This document shows, in pieces, positions 38,541-47,923 of a stretch of DNA of 64,000 nt (its first letter is position 1; every line of letters begins with the position of its first letter). The position numbers and the translations under genes are program-made. Origin of the DNA: an uncultured Candidatus Cloacimonadota bacterium (lineage in GTDB: Bacteria > Cloacimonadota > Cloacimonadia > Cloacimonadales > Cloacimonadaceae). The stretch lies in the NCBI GenBank assembly GCA_964634275.1, contig CAZWIS010000003.1, positions 57,548 to 121,547 on the forward strand, in the 5' to 3' direction. The notes beneath the pieces are model-generated. The model was not told where the DNA came from. It worked only from the letters and a program-made list of their open reading frames with translations, and did not search any database.

Positions 38541-38933
38541 TTATTTATTTAGTTTTAGTATTCTCTTAATAAAGTTCCTGAAGTCATTCCGCCTTCTGAT
38601 TCTCCTGATTCTGGCTTGGCTTCGTCGTTCCCTGTTGATCTCTTCATCCAGCTCATCGATCCTATTTACCAATCGTTTCAGGTAGTCTTCCTTCTCTATC
38701 ATCAAGGCAAAACGTTGATACTTCTGAGAGTCAAATATGATCTCCGCAAATGGTAAGATAAAGAACAGGAGCTGGCTTCCAATTCCATGCAGTGGGCGGA
38801 CAGATTCGATAAAGAGGATTCCTGCCGGAGCCAGATGACGCTCTGCTATAAAGCGTGCCACTTTTTCGATCAAATCGGATGCTTCTTCTTCATCCATGGT
38901 CACTCGGATTTCGTTGTATCTCTTATCTATCAT
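38541..38933 (-). CDS. Hypothetical small protein (130 aa) with a hydrophobic core segment and an Arg-rich coiled-coil tail
   Basis: GILFIESVRPLHGIGSQLLFFILPFAEIIF followed by LDEEINRERRSQARIRRIRRRNDF. Lies 22 nt upstream of the ATPase gene. Confidence 0.55.
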   Translation of the reverse strand: MIDKRYNEIRVTMDEEEASDLIEKVARFIAERHLAPAGILFIESVRPLHGIGSQLLFFILPFAEIIFDSQKYQRFALMIEKEDYLKRLVNRIDELDEEINRERRSQARIRRIRRRNDFRNFIKRILKLNK

Positions 38934-39025
38934 ATTCTAATATCTCACAAAAGTTTGGTAGCTTAAGCTGCTACCATGCAGATTGATCCGAGAATCTTTC
39001 TCATCTCATTCATCCGTCTTCAGGC

Positions 39026-39754
39026 TCACGCTCTGGCAACGGTTATCGCTTTTATTGTCTGCGGATTAGCCGTTCGCAATATCTTACTGATCTCATTTAT
39101 TGTCGATCCTGTGGTAAAGACATCATCCAGGATCAGTATATGTTTGTCCGTCAAATCCCGTTTACCTTTTAGGGCAAAGGCAGACTTTAGATTCTGCATC
39201 CTTTGAACCTTGTCCAAATGCGTCTGACTCTGAGTATAATGCTTTCTATACACAGGTTCATAGTATTCTATTCCAAGTGTTTTGGCTACCTTACCGGCTA
39301 TTAATTCAGACTGGTTATATCCTCTTTCCCGCTTTCTTACTCTATGTAAAGGTACGGCAAAGATAATATCCGTCTTGTCAAATTCATCATGTGCCCTGAT
39401 ATACTCCGCAACGCATGGAGCAAACCATGTGGCAGGAGCTGAAAGACCATTGTATTTCAGTTCATGTATCATCTGTTGGATCGGCCCATCATATCTAAAC
39501 AAAGCCCGGCAAAGATCATAATAGATTGTGCTTTGCCAGCAGACTTCGCAGTCCACATCCAGCTTTGGAGATCCACAAACACTGCACACCGCAGTTTCGT
39601 CCAATACACTGACGAGTTCCATACACTGCTCACAAACCGGAGCATCACATCTATCAATCCGGCGATGACAACAAATGCATGCCGATGGTACTATCAAATC
39701 AGCAAAACTCTGAAAAGTGCTTTTCCAGAGCTTCAAAAATATACTTCCCGTCAC
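39026..39754 (-). CDS. comF: ComF-family protein (ComFC-type phosphoribosyltransferase with zinc-finger N-terminus)
   Basis: CxxC pairs ([21 protein letters not shown]) and the PRPP loop [16 protein letters not shown]. The GTG start at 39754 overlaps purQ by 56 nt, and a TTG at 39736 is an alternative. Confidence 0.8.
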   Translation of the reverse strand: MTGSIFLKLWKSTFQSFADLIVPSACICCHRRIDRCDAPVCEQCMELVSVLDETAVCSVCGSPKLDVDCEVCWQSTIYYDLCRALFRYDGPIQQMIHELKYNGLSAPATWFAPCVAEYIRAHDEFDKTDIIFAVPLHRVRKRERGYNQSELIAGKVAKTLGIEYYEPVYRKHYTQSQTHLDKVQRMQNLKSAFALKGKRDLTDKHILILDDVFTTGSTINEISKILRTANPQTIKAITVARA

Positions 39755-40394
39755 TACCTTTTACGCTATCGGTAGCCGCACGTTCGGGATGGGGCATCAT
39801 CCCCAACACATTGCGTCTTTTGTTGCAAATACCAGCTATGCCATCCAAGGATCCATTGGGGTTGGCAGATGCATGGACTTTCCCTTCGCTATCACAGTAG
39901 CGAAAGACAATCTGTCCGTTGTCCTGTAATATCTTCAGCCCATCTGTGTCAATGAAATAATTCCCTTCTTTGTGTGCGATAGGAATCTCCAGAACCATCC
40001 CGTTTTTTGTCCCGTGGGTGAATGGTGTGTCCGAGTTTTCCACCCTGATATGTTGATGCTGGCAGATAAACTTCAAAGACTCATTCATCATCAAAGCCCC
40101 AGGCAAGAGGCCAATTTCCGTCAGAATCTGAAAACCATTGCAAATCCCCAGGATCAAAGCTCCTGATTCTGCAATACGCATCACTTCTTTGATGATTGGA
40201 GAGAAACGCGCAATAGCCCCGCAACGGAGATAATCACCATAGGAAAATCCCCCGGGAAGGATCAACAAATCAGGATTTTTTAGCTCTGTTTCTTTGTGCC
40301 AGATCAGATCTACCTGATGTCCACGATCGCGCATTACATCGTATGCGTCATGGTCGCAGTTTGAACCGGGAAATGTAATTACATTTACCTTCAA
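39699..40394 (-). CDS. purQ: Phosphoribosylformylglycinamidine synthase, glutaminase subunit
   Basis: FPGSNCDHD, catalytic GICNGFQ and MMPHPER. Confidence 0.93.
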   Translation of the reverse strand: MKVNVITFPGSNCDHDAYDVMRDRGHQVDLIWHKETELKNPDLLILPGGFSYGDYLRCGAIARFSPIIKEVMRIAESGALILGICNGFQILTEIGLLPGALMMNESLKFICQHQHIRVENSDTPFTHGTKNGMVLEIPIAHKEGNYFIDTDGLKILQDNGQIVFRYCDSEGKVHASANPNGSLDGIAGICNKRRNVLGMMPHPERAATDSVKGSDGKYIFEALEKHFSEFC

Positions 40395-40396
40395 TG

Positions 40397-40651
40397 CTAT
40401 TTCTCCATTTTTTCGAGCTCAAAGATGTAATTTTCAGTATTCAAATTTGCCAGCAATTTGTCGCAAATGCCATTCACTTTGGCTTTTAACGCATCACTGA
40501 TCTCTTCATCAAAAACAATCTCGATGTATTTACTTACACGGGTATCAATCACAGTGTCAAAACCAAGAGAATGTAGAGAATTTGTTACTACCTTACCCTG
40601 TGGATCAAGGACACTTGGCTTCAACTGAACGTGGATCTTTGCCTTTGTCAT
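40397..40651 (-). CDS. purS: Phosphoribosylformylglycinamidine synthase subunit PurS
   Basis: 84 aa, [12 protein letters not shown]...L..LGF. Lies directly upstream of purQ. Confidence 0.9.
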   Translation of the reverse strand: MTKAKIHVQLKPSVLDPQGKVVTNSLHSLGFDTVIDTRVSKYIEIVFDEEISDALKAKVNGICDKLLANLNTENYIFELEKMEK

Positions 40652-40965
40652 GTATATTCCTGCTTATACTTTTATGAGTATTGCATACTCCACGAAATTG
40701 GCAAATTAGTCAATGATTTTATTTGGCAGTGGTCGATCATATTCCTGTAAATGATCACTGAAAACTGCAAATAGCGATCTCTTGGACATAGTTTAAGTAA
40801 ATTTCATTGTTTTGATCACCAAAACCTGCAAATCGGGCAATGTTTTGTCCAAGTGGTTGTCACTATAATCAGCTTCAAATCAAGATAACAATTCCCGTAA
40901 TGATATATGCAATATACCTATACTGGTTTCGTAAGGAAGCACTTGTAGTCTTGGATTTGTATCTG

Positions 40966-40996
40966 TTTTGGCATTTGCAGATTTCAGTGACTCTTT
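40966..40996 (-). repeat. 31-nt intergenic motif, copy b (inverted relative to 11603..11633)
   Basis: The + strand reads TTTTGGCATTTGCAGATTTCAGTGACTCTTT. Its reverse complement matches 11603..11633 at 28 of 31 positions by eye. Confidence 0.7.
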
Positions 40997-41023
40997 TCAT
41001 GGTTTTTTGGGTGGCTCCTACTT

Positions 41024-41093
41024 GTAAGCCTTAATCAAGCGTTAATCAAGCCTTAATCAAGCCTTAACTATTAAGGCTAAATTAAGGCTTGAT
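41024..41093. repeat. 4 x 11-bp tandem array (TCAAGCCTTAA) plus two inverted copies
   Basis: Units at 41024, 41035, 41046 and 41057. The second unit has G instead of C (TCAAGCGTTAA), as in the array at 20187. Inverted copies TTAAGGCT (41071) and TTAAGGCTTGAT (41082). Confidence 0.85.
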
Positions 41094-41094
41094 A

Positions 41095-41229
41095 AAGAAG
41101 TGATAAACGCTCTGCTCCAAGGAAGAAAAATTGGAAAATCGTTATCACACGCCAACAATAACAATTATCTATACCTACCCACCCATCTTTTTGTATGGAG
41201 TGCTACCCATACCCAGATTAATCAATGGT
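41095..41229 (+). repeat. 134-nt element family, copy 4 (5' arm degenerate; conserved core 41167..41229)
   Basis: ATCTATACCTACCCACCCATCTTTTTGTATGGAGTGCTACCCATACCCAGATTAATCAATGGT aligns with the other copies. Confidence 0.65.
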
Positions 41230-41310
41230 CTGTAGTTTGATAACACGCAAAATAATGCCAAGGGACTATTTGCTTGACAAAATAAACCTTGCCCTGATAA
41301 GCGAAAAAGA

Positions 41311-43809
41311 ATGGGTTTACGGATTTATGGAGTGTCTATGAAGCGATGGCCATGGTTTATTTTCATATTATTTATAGCTTTGCTGACTTGTGCTTGCGGA
41401 GGCAAAGCGCCATTTCCTACATACCAGTTTAAGCTTATTAGCACGAAAAAGCAAGATGTCAAAATGACTAATTGGGTTTTTTCCGACATCAATGGTGATA
41501 ACATTGATGAACTGATCTACTCAGGATCCACAGAGCAAAGCATAAACCATTTATTCGTAAGTAACCAGTCCTTGAAAACGTTTTCCCAGTTTAATAGTCA
41601 GTCCAAAATCCGAAGCTTCAAAGTTCTAAATCATCCAGGCCAGAACAATAACTGGCTCTTTTATACATACAACGATGGGAGATTCGTTTATTTGAGTGCT
41701 GCCCTATACGAGTGGTCTGTCCCATTGAAACGCCAGGACTTTCGTTTTGAATCAATTGCCCGAAAAGACAAATATATGGACGTTCCTTCAGTCGAGTGGT
41801 ATGCTGTGATTTACCCTTTGATGATTGGCGATATTGATAATGATGGTAAATACGAGCTATTGTGTATGACTTCGGATTCATTTACAGCCAATCCCAGAGG
41901 CTTAGTTGCTTACGACTTTGATAGTCGCAAGATAAAGTGGCAGTTAGATTTGCCAACATGCCTGACGCATGTATTTGTTGATGATTTCGATGGTGATGGT
42001 ACCCTGGAGATCCTGACAGCTAATTATGCCTTCAAGAATACTACAGAAGTAAAAGAAGGTATAGACGACAGTAATGGCTGGCTATTGATGGTAGGTTCCG
42101 ATGGCAAGATTATTACCCGCAAGCGGCTGTTTACCGATTATGGAGCATCGTATCTGGCTATTGGGCGCAAAGACAAAGATGGAAAAATCGATATATACAA
42201 GTTAGAAGCTACTTGGGGAGCGGCAGACAACAACAATTCGGTGGAGCTTCTAAACTGGAGCAAAAATGGATTCGTCAGCAGGAAAAAATACGAAGTCGAA
42301 TCTGCTCTGGTACGAAACCAGCTAAATTTCTTTGTAGATGTGAACATATCAGATCAATACAGACTCTTCACTCCCTCTCGTACAAAAGGTTTGATAGTCC
42401 TCGATCAAAATCTGGAACGCATCCAGAATAAAATTGATGATACGATCCAGATCGTGTGGGCTGTGGGAGATATAAATGAGGACGGGAAAAAAGAAATAAT
42501 CCTACAAACCGATGACAACGAATTTATCATAACCGATCATGATGCTCATATCTTGGCAAAATTGGTCAACCCATTCCCAGAAGAGACAATGGTAAACGCT
42601 CATATTGTGAATACTGGATTTGGAAACAGACGCCTGATAGCCATTGTCTCACCTACTCAAATCCGTTATTATATGATGGAAAAACTTGCCTTGCACACAC
42701 TTTTGAAATCATACTTTTATCATTATCGGATTTTCTTAAACGTTATTATCGCAATATACCTGATATTCTTAACGATCAAGTATTTCAGACTGAGGAGCTT
42801 TCTGTATCAAACGATAAACCGTACCCAAAGCTCACTCATCATGATGAAAAATTCAAAGCAAATCAGATACATGAATCAAGGTGCCAGAAAGCTACTTGGA
42901 CAAGGTACCAATATCAAGAAAGAACGCTTTTTACAAAAGCTCTCCCCAGACATATATGAAAAGCTTCAGGATTTCTGCCGATCCGATCTACTCAATCAAA
43001 ACGAATCTATAGACCTTACAATAGGAGATGTATCTCGCACTTATCAAGTGATTCTGACAAAAACTGGAAAACTGACAACACCGTATGTGATAATTATCAA
43101 TAATCCACCAAGTGTGGATCACGAAGTTACTGGCAAGCTACAATGGGCAGAAATAGCCAGACGTCTGTCACATCATGTACGCAGACACATATCAAACATA
43201 TTGCTGGCTTTGGATCCTTTGGAGAAGGATTTATCGGCAAAAACAGAAATTGAGGAATACTTTAGGCTGATCAAATCTGAAATCAATCAGATCAAGGTAT
43301 TTACTCATGCCTTTCAGAGATTTACCGAGCTAAAGGATTATGCCCTGAAGAATCAGGATATCATCCCCTCCATCGAAAAAATAATCAAAAGAACTCCAGT
43401 TCCATCCACTGTTACCCTTCTGAAAGACTGGAGCTTGAAATCTGTTCGAGCCTATATCGAACCAATACGCTTTGAAGAAGCTATTACAAACCTGATCACA
43501 AACGCTCTGGAATCTATGTCGAAAGGTGGAACACTACAGATATCTGTAAAGGAATTCCCGTATCACGAGGTAAGCGATAAAACATGTAGTGTCCTGATCG
43601 AGATTGATGACAGCGGTGATGGAATACCCGAAAAATACCTCAAAGAGATATGGGAACCATTTTTTACTACAAAACCTGATGGGACCGGAATTGGTTTGCC
43701 TGAAACCAAAAAAATCATTGAATCAATGCATGGCAGTATCGAAATACAATCTGAACAAGGAATTGGTACCCTCGTAACTATCTGGCTAAAAGGGGCAGAT
43801 GATGATTGA
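41311..43809 (+). CDS. Sensor histidine kinase with an extracytoplasmic FG-GAP/VCBS-type beta-propeller domain
   Basis: Signal or lipobox-like N-terminus (likely start MKRWPWFIFILFIALLTCAC at 41341). FG-GAP-like Ca-loop repeats (IGDIDNDGKYELL, VDDFDGDGTLEIL, VGDINEDGKKEII). One TM helix. H-box region ARRLSHHVRRHISN. HATPase boxes (NLITNALES, DDSGDGI, GTGIGL). Confidence 0.8.
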   Translation: MGLRIYGVSMKRWPWFIFILFIALLTCACGGKAPFPTYQFKLISTKKQDVKMTNWVFSDINGDNIDELIYSGSTEQSINHLFVSNQSLKTFSQFNSQSKIRSFKVLNHPGQNNNWLFYTYNDGRFVYLSAALYEWSVPLKRQDFRFESIARKDKYMDVPSVEWYAVIYPLMIGDIDNDGKYELLCMTSDSFTANPRGLVAYDFDSRKIKWQLDLPTCLTHVFVDDFDGDGTLEILTANYAFKNTTEVKEGIDDSNGWLLMVGSDGKIITRKRLFTDYGASYLAIGRKDKDGKIDIYKLEATWGAADNNNSVELLNWSKNGFVSRKKYEVESALVRNQLNFFVDVNISDQYRLFTPSRTKGLIVLDQNLERIQNKIDDTIQIVWAVGDINEDGKKEIILQTDDNEFIITDHDAHILAKLVNPFPEETMVNAHIVNTGFGNRRLIAIVSPTQIRYYMMEKLALHTLLKSYFYHYRIFLNVIIAIYLIFLTIKYFRLRSFLYQTINRTQSSLIMMKNSKQIRYMNQGARKLLGQGTNIKKERFLQKLSPDIYEKLQDFCRSDLLNQNESIDLTIGDVSRTYQVILTKTGKLTTPYVIIINNPPSVDHEVTGKLQWAEIARRLSHHVRRHISNILLALDPLEKDLSAKTEIEEYFRLIKSEINQIKVFTHAFQRFTELKDYALKNQDIIPSIEKIIKRTPVPSTVTLLKDWSLKSVRAYIEPIRFEEAITNLITNALESMSKGGTLQISVKEFPYHEVSDKTCSVLIEIDDSGDGIPEKYLKEIWEPFFTTKPDGTGIGLPETKKIIESMHGSIEIQSEQGIGTLVTIWLKGADDD

Positions 43810-45154
43810 TAAACGTGTCCTGATTGCTGACGATGATCTGACATTCTGCAGATTGGTAGCTGGGTTGTTAAACAGGGAAGGATACGATACAATAGTAGCG
43901 GGAAGTGTATCCGAATGCACAAAACTACTTGCCAGAGAGAAGGTTCATATCCTTATGCAGGACATGTGTTTCCCATCTCTAAATGATGGATTTGAGATGC
44001 TGGATTTCGTTCGGGAAAACTATCCAGATACTACCGTGTTAATGATCTCTGGTGAAGGTAACATCCCTGATGCAGTGGCTGCTATCAAAAACGGAGCAGC
44101 GGACTTCATCGAAAAACCAATTGCTCCAGAGCATCTATTGCTACGGATCAAAGCTATTGTTACCCGCTTGAATATGGAATCCCAAATCAAAGACCTCTCC
44201 AAAGCTGCAATCGGAATGATCGGAGTATCAAACGTTATGCAGAGAGTGTATGACGAGATTATCAAAGCTGCCAATTTCGACTGTCCGATCTTGATAACCG
44301 GTGAAACAGGTGTGGGCAAAGAACTGGCTGCAAAAGCCATTCACAGACTTAGCAAAGCCCAAAACAAAGAATTGATAATCATCAATTGTGGGGCGATACC
44401 AAAGGAACTCTTCGAATCTGAAATTTTCGGCTATGAACAAGGTGCCTTTACCGGAGCCAACAGAAGCCATAAGGGATACTTTGAATATGCACAAAACTCC
44501 GCTGTTTTTTTGGATGAAATCAGTGAGCTCCCATATGGTTTTCAGGTAAAGCTACTACGAGTCCTTTCGGAGGGTGAGATCCAAAAAGTAGGGGGAAAGA
44601 TCATGAAGATCAATAGCCGGGTCTTCTCAGCTTCCAATCAGGATCTACCTACATTGATTCAAAAAGGTCTTTTCAGGGAGGATCTATACTATCGGCTAAA
44701 TACCATCAACATTCACATCCCTCCTCTAAGAGAGAGACCCGAGGATGTCATTCCTTTGGCAAATCACTTTTTGAACCAGGTTTGCGCAGAAAACGGAATA
44801 GCGCCTTTGGGACTATCTCCGCAAGCCGCTTCATGGCTGATGGAACAGGAGTGGAAAGGGAATGTTCGCGAACTAAAAAATACGATTTATCGTGGAGTGA
44901 TCTTTGCCAATACTGAGCTCATCAGCGTAGCTAACCTCCGCGCTCACGAGTTTAGTACCGAAAACAATGACTCCAATGATCAGATCCCACTTAAACAAGC
45001 GCTTCGAAGATATGAAAGAGCTTATATAATCAATGCTCTCAAGACTAATAGCTATAACGTCCCACAAACAGCGAAGGACCTGAATATAGATAAATCGAAT
45101 CTATTCAAGAAGATAAAAGCTCTTGAGATAGAATTGGATAAAAACCAGGCTTAA
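43799..45154 (+). CDS. Sigma-54-dependent response regulator (NtrC family: REC-AAA+-Fis HTH)
   Basis: Receiver domain. Walker A GETGVGKE. GAFTGA loop (EQGAFTGAN). Sensor-II and C-terminal HTH (NVPQTAKDLNIDKSNLFKKIK). Overlaps the kinase stop by 11 nt. Confidence 0.9.
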   Translation: MMIDKRVLIADDDLTFCRLVAGLLNREGYDTIVAGSVSECTKLLAREKVHILMQDMCFPSLNDGFEMLDFVRENYPDTTVLMISGEGNIPDAVAAIKNGAADFIEKPIAPEHLLLRIKAIVTRLNMESQIKDLSKAAIGMIGVSNVMQRVYDEIIKAANFDCPILITGETGVGKELAAKAIHRLSKAQNKELIIINCGAIPKELFESEIFGYEQGAFTGANRSHKGYFEYAQNSAVFLDEISELPYGFQVKLLRVLSEGEIQKVGGKIMKINSRVFSASNQDLPTLIQKGLFREDLYYRLNTINIHIPPLRERPEDVIPLANHFLNQVCAENGIAPLGLSPQAASWLMEQEWKGNVRELKNTIYRGVIFANTELISVANLRAHEFSTENNDSNDQIPLKQALRRYERAYIINALKTNSYNVPQTAKDLNIDKSNLFKKIKALEIELDKNQA

Positions 45155-45173
45155 AAGCTTCTCAATTTGAAAG

Positions 45174-45307
45174 ACCATTGAACGTGTCTTCAGGTGAAGT
45201 AAATTGATGTGTCTTAACCCCTCTGAGTGGATAAAACTGGAATCTATACACACCCACCTCCCCTTTTGCTATGAAGCCCTGCACCATACCCCCGATTAAT
45301 CAATGGT
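45174..45307 (+). repeat. 134-nt dispersed element, copy 5
   Basis: ACCATTGAACGTGTCTTC...TCTATACACACCCACCTCCCCTTTTGCTATG...TCAATGGT, with 8-bp terminal complementarity. Starts 20 nt after the regulator stop. Confidence 0.8.
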
Positions 45308-45431
45308 TTTATGATTGTTTGAGTAAGGGGCTATTGTTCTTAGCCATGTCAACTGAAGTGTCTCCAAAAAAGCGCTTGACCATTTATTGAAACTACACAT
45401 GAATGCAACAAAGCGATTAGCGAGGTAGGAT

Positions 45432-47054
45432 GTGAATCAAGATGCTCGTATTTTGGTAGTTGATGATGACGATGTAATAATCAAGATAATTTCCATTATT
45501 CTGCACAAGAACGGTTATGAAACTGCTTCGTGCCACAGTGGCGAAGAAGCTTTGGAACTGGTTGAGCGCGAATATTTTGATCTGGTTCTCTTGGACGTCC
45601 AGATGGGAAAGGGTATGGACGGATATGAAACCTGCCGGATAATGCAAAAGAGAAAACCGGATTTACCAGTAATTCTGGTGACTGCAAATCAGGACGACGA
45701 ATCGGTCAATAAAGGCTTTGAATCCGGCTCCAGTGATTATATCAAGAAACCAGTGTCCAAACTGGAACTATTAGCCAGAGTAAACAAGACAATAACGCTC
45801 AAACGTACTGAAAAGAAGAATCTTCAATTGTTGGACGACCTCCGAAAAGATCTCCGTATAGCTGCCAATATTCAAGAAGCTATGCTACCGAAATGGATCT
45901 TTATGGATTACAACATCCTGTTTTCATCAAATTACCAGGCATCGGAATTAGTAGGTGGTGATTTATTCGATAGAATCAAGCTCGATGATAAACGCTATGT
46001 AGTATATATTGGAGACATCTCCGGACACGGTGTTCAAGCTGCCCTGCTGATGACTGCAGTCAAATCAGTCATCAAGCTGCTGGTCGAGGCAGACAAGGAT
46101 GCTGCAACACTGGCACAATTGTTCACCAAGCTAAACGAGAGGATATATCAGGAGCTATTTACACATAATAACTATATGACGATGTTGATGGGAGTAATAG
46201 ATCTGGAGATTGGTGAATTCAGGTTTCTAAATGCGGGGCATCCCCCCTTGATTATTATTGATTCTGAAAGCGGATCCGCTACGGTTCACGATAAAAAAGG
46301 ATCAGTTCCCTTGGGTTGGATGCCAAAGACAAAATACGATGATGACGACATAGACCACATTCCCCTAAAACAGGATCAAATATATCTGTTATACACAGAT
46401 GGGATATATGAATGCAGTAATCGTCAAAACCAGCAATTTGGACTCGATGGACTGATCAGTGTGTTGACAAATCACATTCCAATAGACGGCTGCATTAGTC
46501 TGGCTTATAAGATTAAACACTATCTGATCGAGAATAATTATGAGATCTCAGACGATGACTTTACTCTTTTTAGCTTCCAGTTACAAAATGAAAGTAAGCA
46601 GTTTACCCTTAGCTCTGGAAGAAGAGTCCGAGAGATTCGACGATTTATGTTTGTTCTTCGATCAGCCCTCAGAGATGTTGGCAAGACTGCTCTACAGTGT
46701 GAACAGCTGATTCTTGAATGGACTCAAGATAAAAAGCTGGCGGCAAAAGTAGAACTGATCGTTGATGAATTTTTGAACAACATCATCACGTATGGGTATA
46801 ACTATACAGAGGACGCCATCATTGTAATCGAATTCATTCTACATGATAGCAAGTTAAAAATAGTATTCTGGGACAAAGGTATTCATTGGGTTCCGGAAGC
46901 TATTGATGTAAACATAGACAAACCCTACGATTTCGATCAGGATCTGATGAACACCAGAGGTAAGGGTATCAAGATCATAAAATCACTTACCCACACATTC
47001 AGCAGAAGAAGATATGAGAACCTGAACGAAACCATGATCGAGATAAACTTATGA
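45432..47054 (+). CDS. Three-domain signalling protein: receiver + PP2C/SpoIIE phosphatase + RsbW/SpoIIAB-like HATPase (anti-sigma kinase) domain
   Basis: REC (ILVVDDDD...DLVLLDVQMGKGMDGYE...KP). PP2C block (GGDLFD, YIGDISGHGVQAALLM, NAGHPP, LYTDG). C-terminal LIVDEFLNNIITYG...GKGIKIIKSL. Confidence 0.8.
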   Translation: MNQDARILVVDDDDVIIKIISIILHKNGYETASCHSGEEALELVEREYFDLVLLDVQMGKGMDGYETCRIMQKRKPDLPVILVTANQDDESVNKGFESGSSDYIKKPVSKLELLARVNKTITLKRTEKKNLQLLDDLRKDLRIAANIQEAMLPKWIFMDYNILFSSNYQASELVGGDLFDRIKLDDKRYVVYIGDISGHGVQAALLMTAVKSVIKLLVEADKDAATLAQLFTKLNERIYQELFTHNNYMTMLMGVIDLEIGEFRFLNAGHPPLIIIDSESGSATVHDKKGSVPLGWMPKTKYDDDDIDHIPLKQDQIYLLYTDGIYECSNRQNQQFGLDGLISVLTNHIPIDGCISLAYKIKHYLIENNYEISDDDFTLFSFQLQNESKQFTLSSGRRVREIRRFMFVLRSALRDVGKTALQCEQLILEWTQDKKLAAKVELIVDEFLNNIITYGYNYTEDAIIVIEFILHDSKLKIVFWDKGIHWVPEAIDVNIDKPYDFDQDLMNTRGKGIKIIKSLTHTFSRRRYENLNETMIEINL

Positions 47055-47923
47055 TAAGTATTATCATTAGGGCAAAAAACGAAATGCCCTGGATAAAGCA
47101 CACATTGATGATGTTAACGAGGCAGGATAGGCAGGACTTTGAAGTAATCGCAGTAGATTCTGGATCTACTGATGGCAGTTACGAATGCCTGATGGAGTTC
47201 AAACCCCATGTGTTGTATCAGATCAAACCTGAGACATACATCCCAGGAAGAGTTTTGAACGAAGCCATAAGCCATGCCAAGGGTGATATCATTGTATTTA
47301 ACAACGCAGATTGCATTCCCAAAGACAGTTACTGGCTAAAAAACTTAGTAAAGCCGCTTGAGGCAGATTCGGATTCATCAATTGCCGCATCTTTTTGCCA
47401 ACAAATTCCACGGGTAAATGCCACTCCACTCGTTAGGAAAGACTATGACAGAGCCTTTGGAGATGGTCGGATACACAATACTTGGAGGCATTTCTTTTCA
47501 CTGGCCAGCTCTGCTGTTCCCAGGAAACTGATAGAGCAACACCCTTTTGACAATGAGATACGCTATTCTGAGGATATAGAGTGGTCTTGGCGCATGAAGC
47601 AGCTTGGATATCAGATTAGTTATGCAGCAGATGCAGTGGTCGAGCACTCACATAACTACAATCTGAAAGGCATTGTAAAACGTTATCAAGGCGAAGGAAA
47701 AGCCGAGCTGTTTATCTACCGAAAACTCTACGAAGAGCATCCCGAGATATGGCAAAGAGATAGTTCTCTCTGGCAAAGTGTGTTCCTGACAGCAGGTGCG
47801 GAGTCTCTCAGGGATATTGCTTATTTATTCAAAAATAAGGAATATCAGTGGCTAATACTCTCACCCGTGTTTAGGTTTTTGCAAAGGTATCACGCTTATA
47901 AGGGCAGGACGGCGAAGCAATGA
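47051..47923 (+). CDS. Glycosyltransferase family 2
   Basis: ISIIIRAKNE, AVDSGSTDGS and NADC (DXD-like). ATGA overlap with the upstream gene. Confidence 0.8.
   Translation: MISIIIRAKNEMPWIKHTLMMLTRQDRQDFEVIAVDSGSTDGSYECLMEFKPHVLYQIKPETYIPGRVLNEAISHAKGDIIVFNNADCIPKDSYWLKNLVKPLEADSDSSIAASFCQQIPRVNATPLVRKDYDRAFGDGRIHNTWRHFFSLASSAVPRKLIEQHPFDNEIRYSEDIEWSWRMKQLGYQISYAADAVVEHSHNYNLKGIVKRYQGEGKAELFIYRKLYEEHPEIWQRDSSLWQSVFLTAGAESLRDIAYLFKNKEYQWLILSPVFRFLQRYHAYKGRTAKQ

Noticed and set aside
40966-40980. Sigma-54 promoter (TTGGCATTTGCA) that could be the NtrC-type regulator's target
   Set aside because: The GG and GC dinucleotides are only 5 nt apart instead of the obligatory 10-nt gap (GG-N10-GC). 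TGGCACG at 9623 lies inside xerC, and TGGCTCC...TTGTA at 41012 has wrong spacing and lacks GC.
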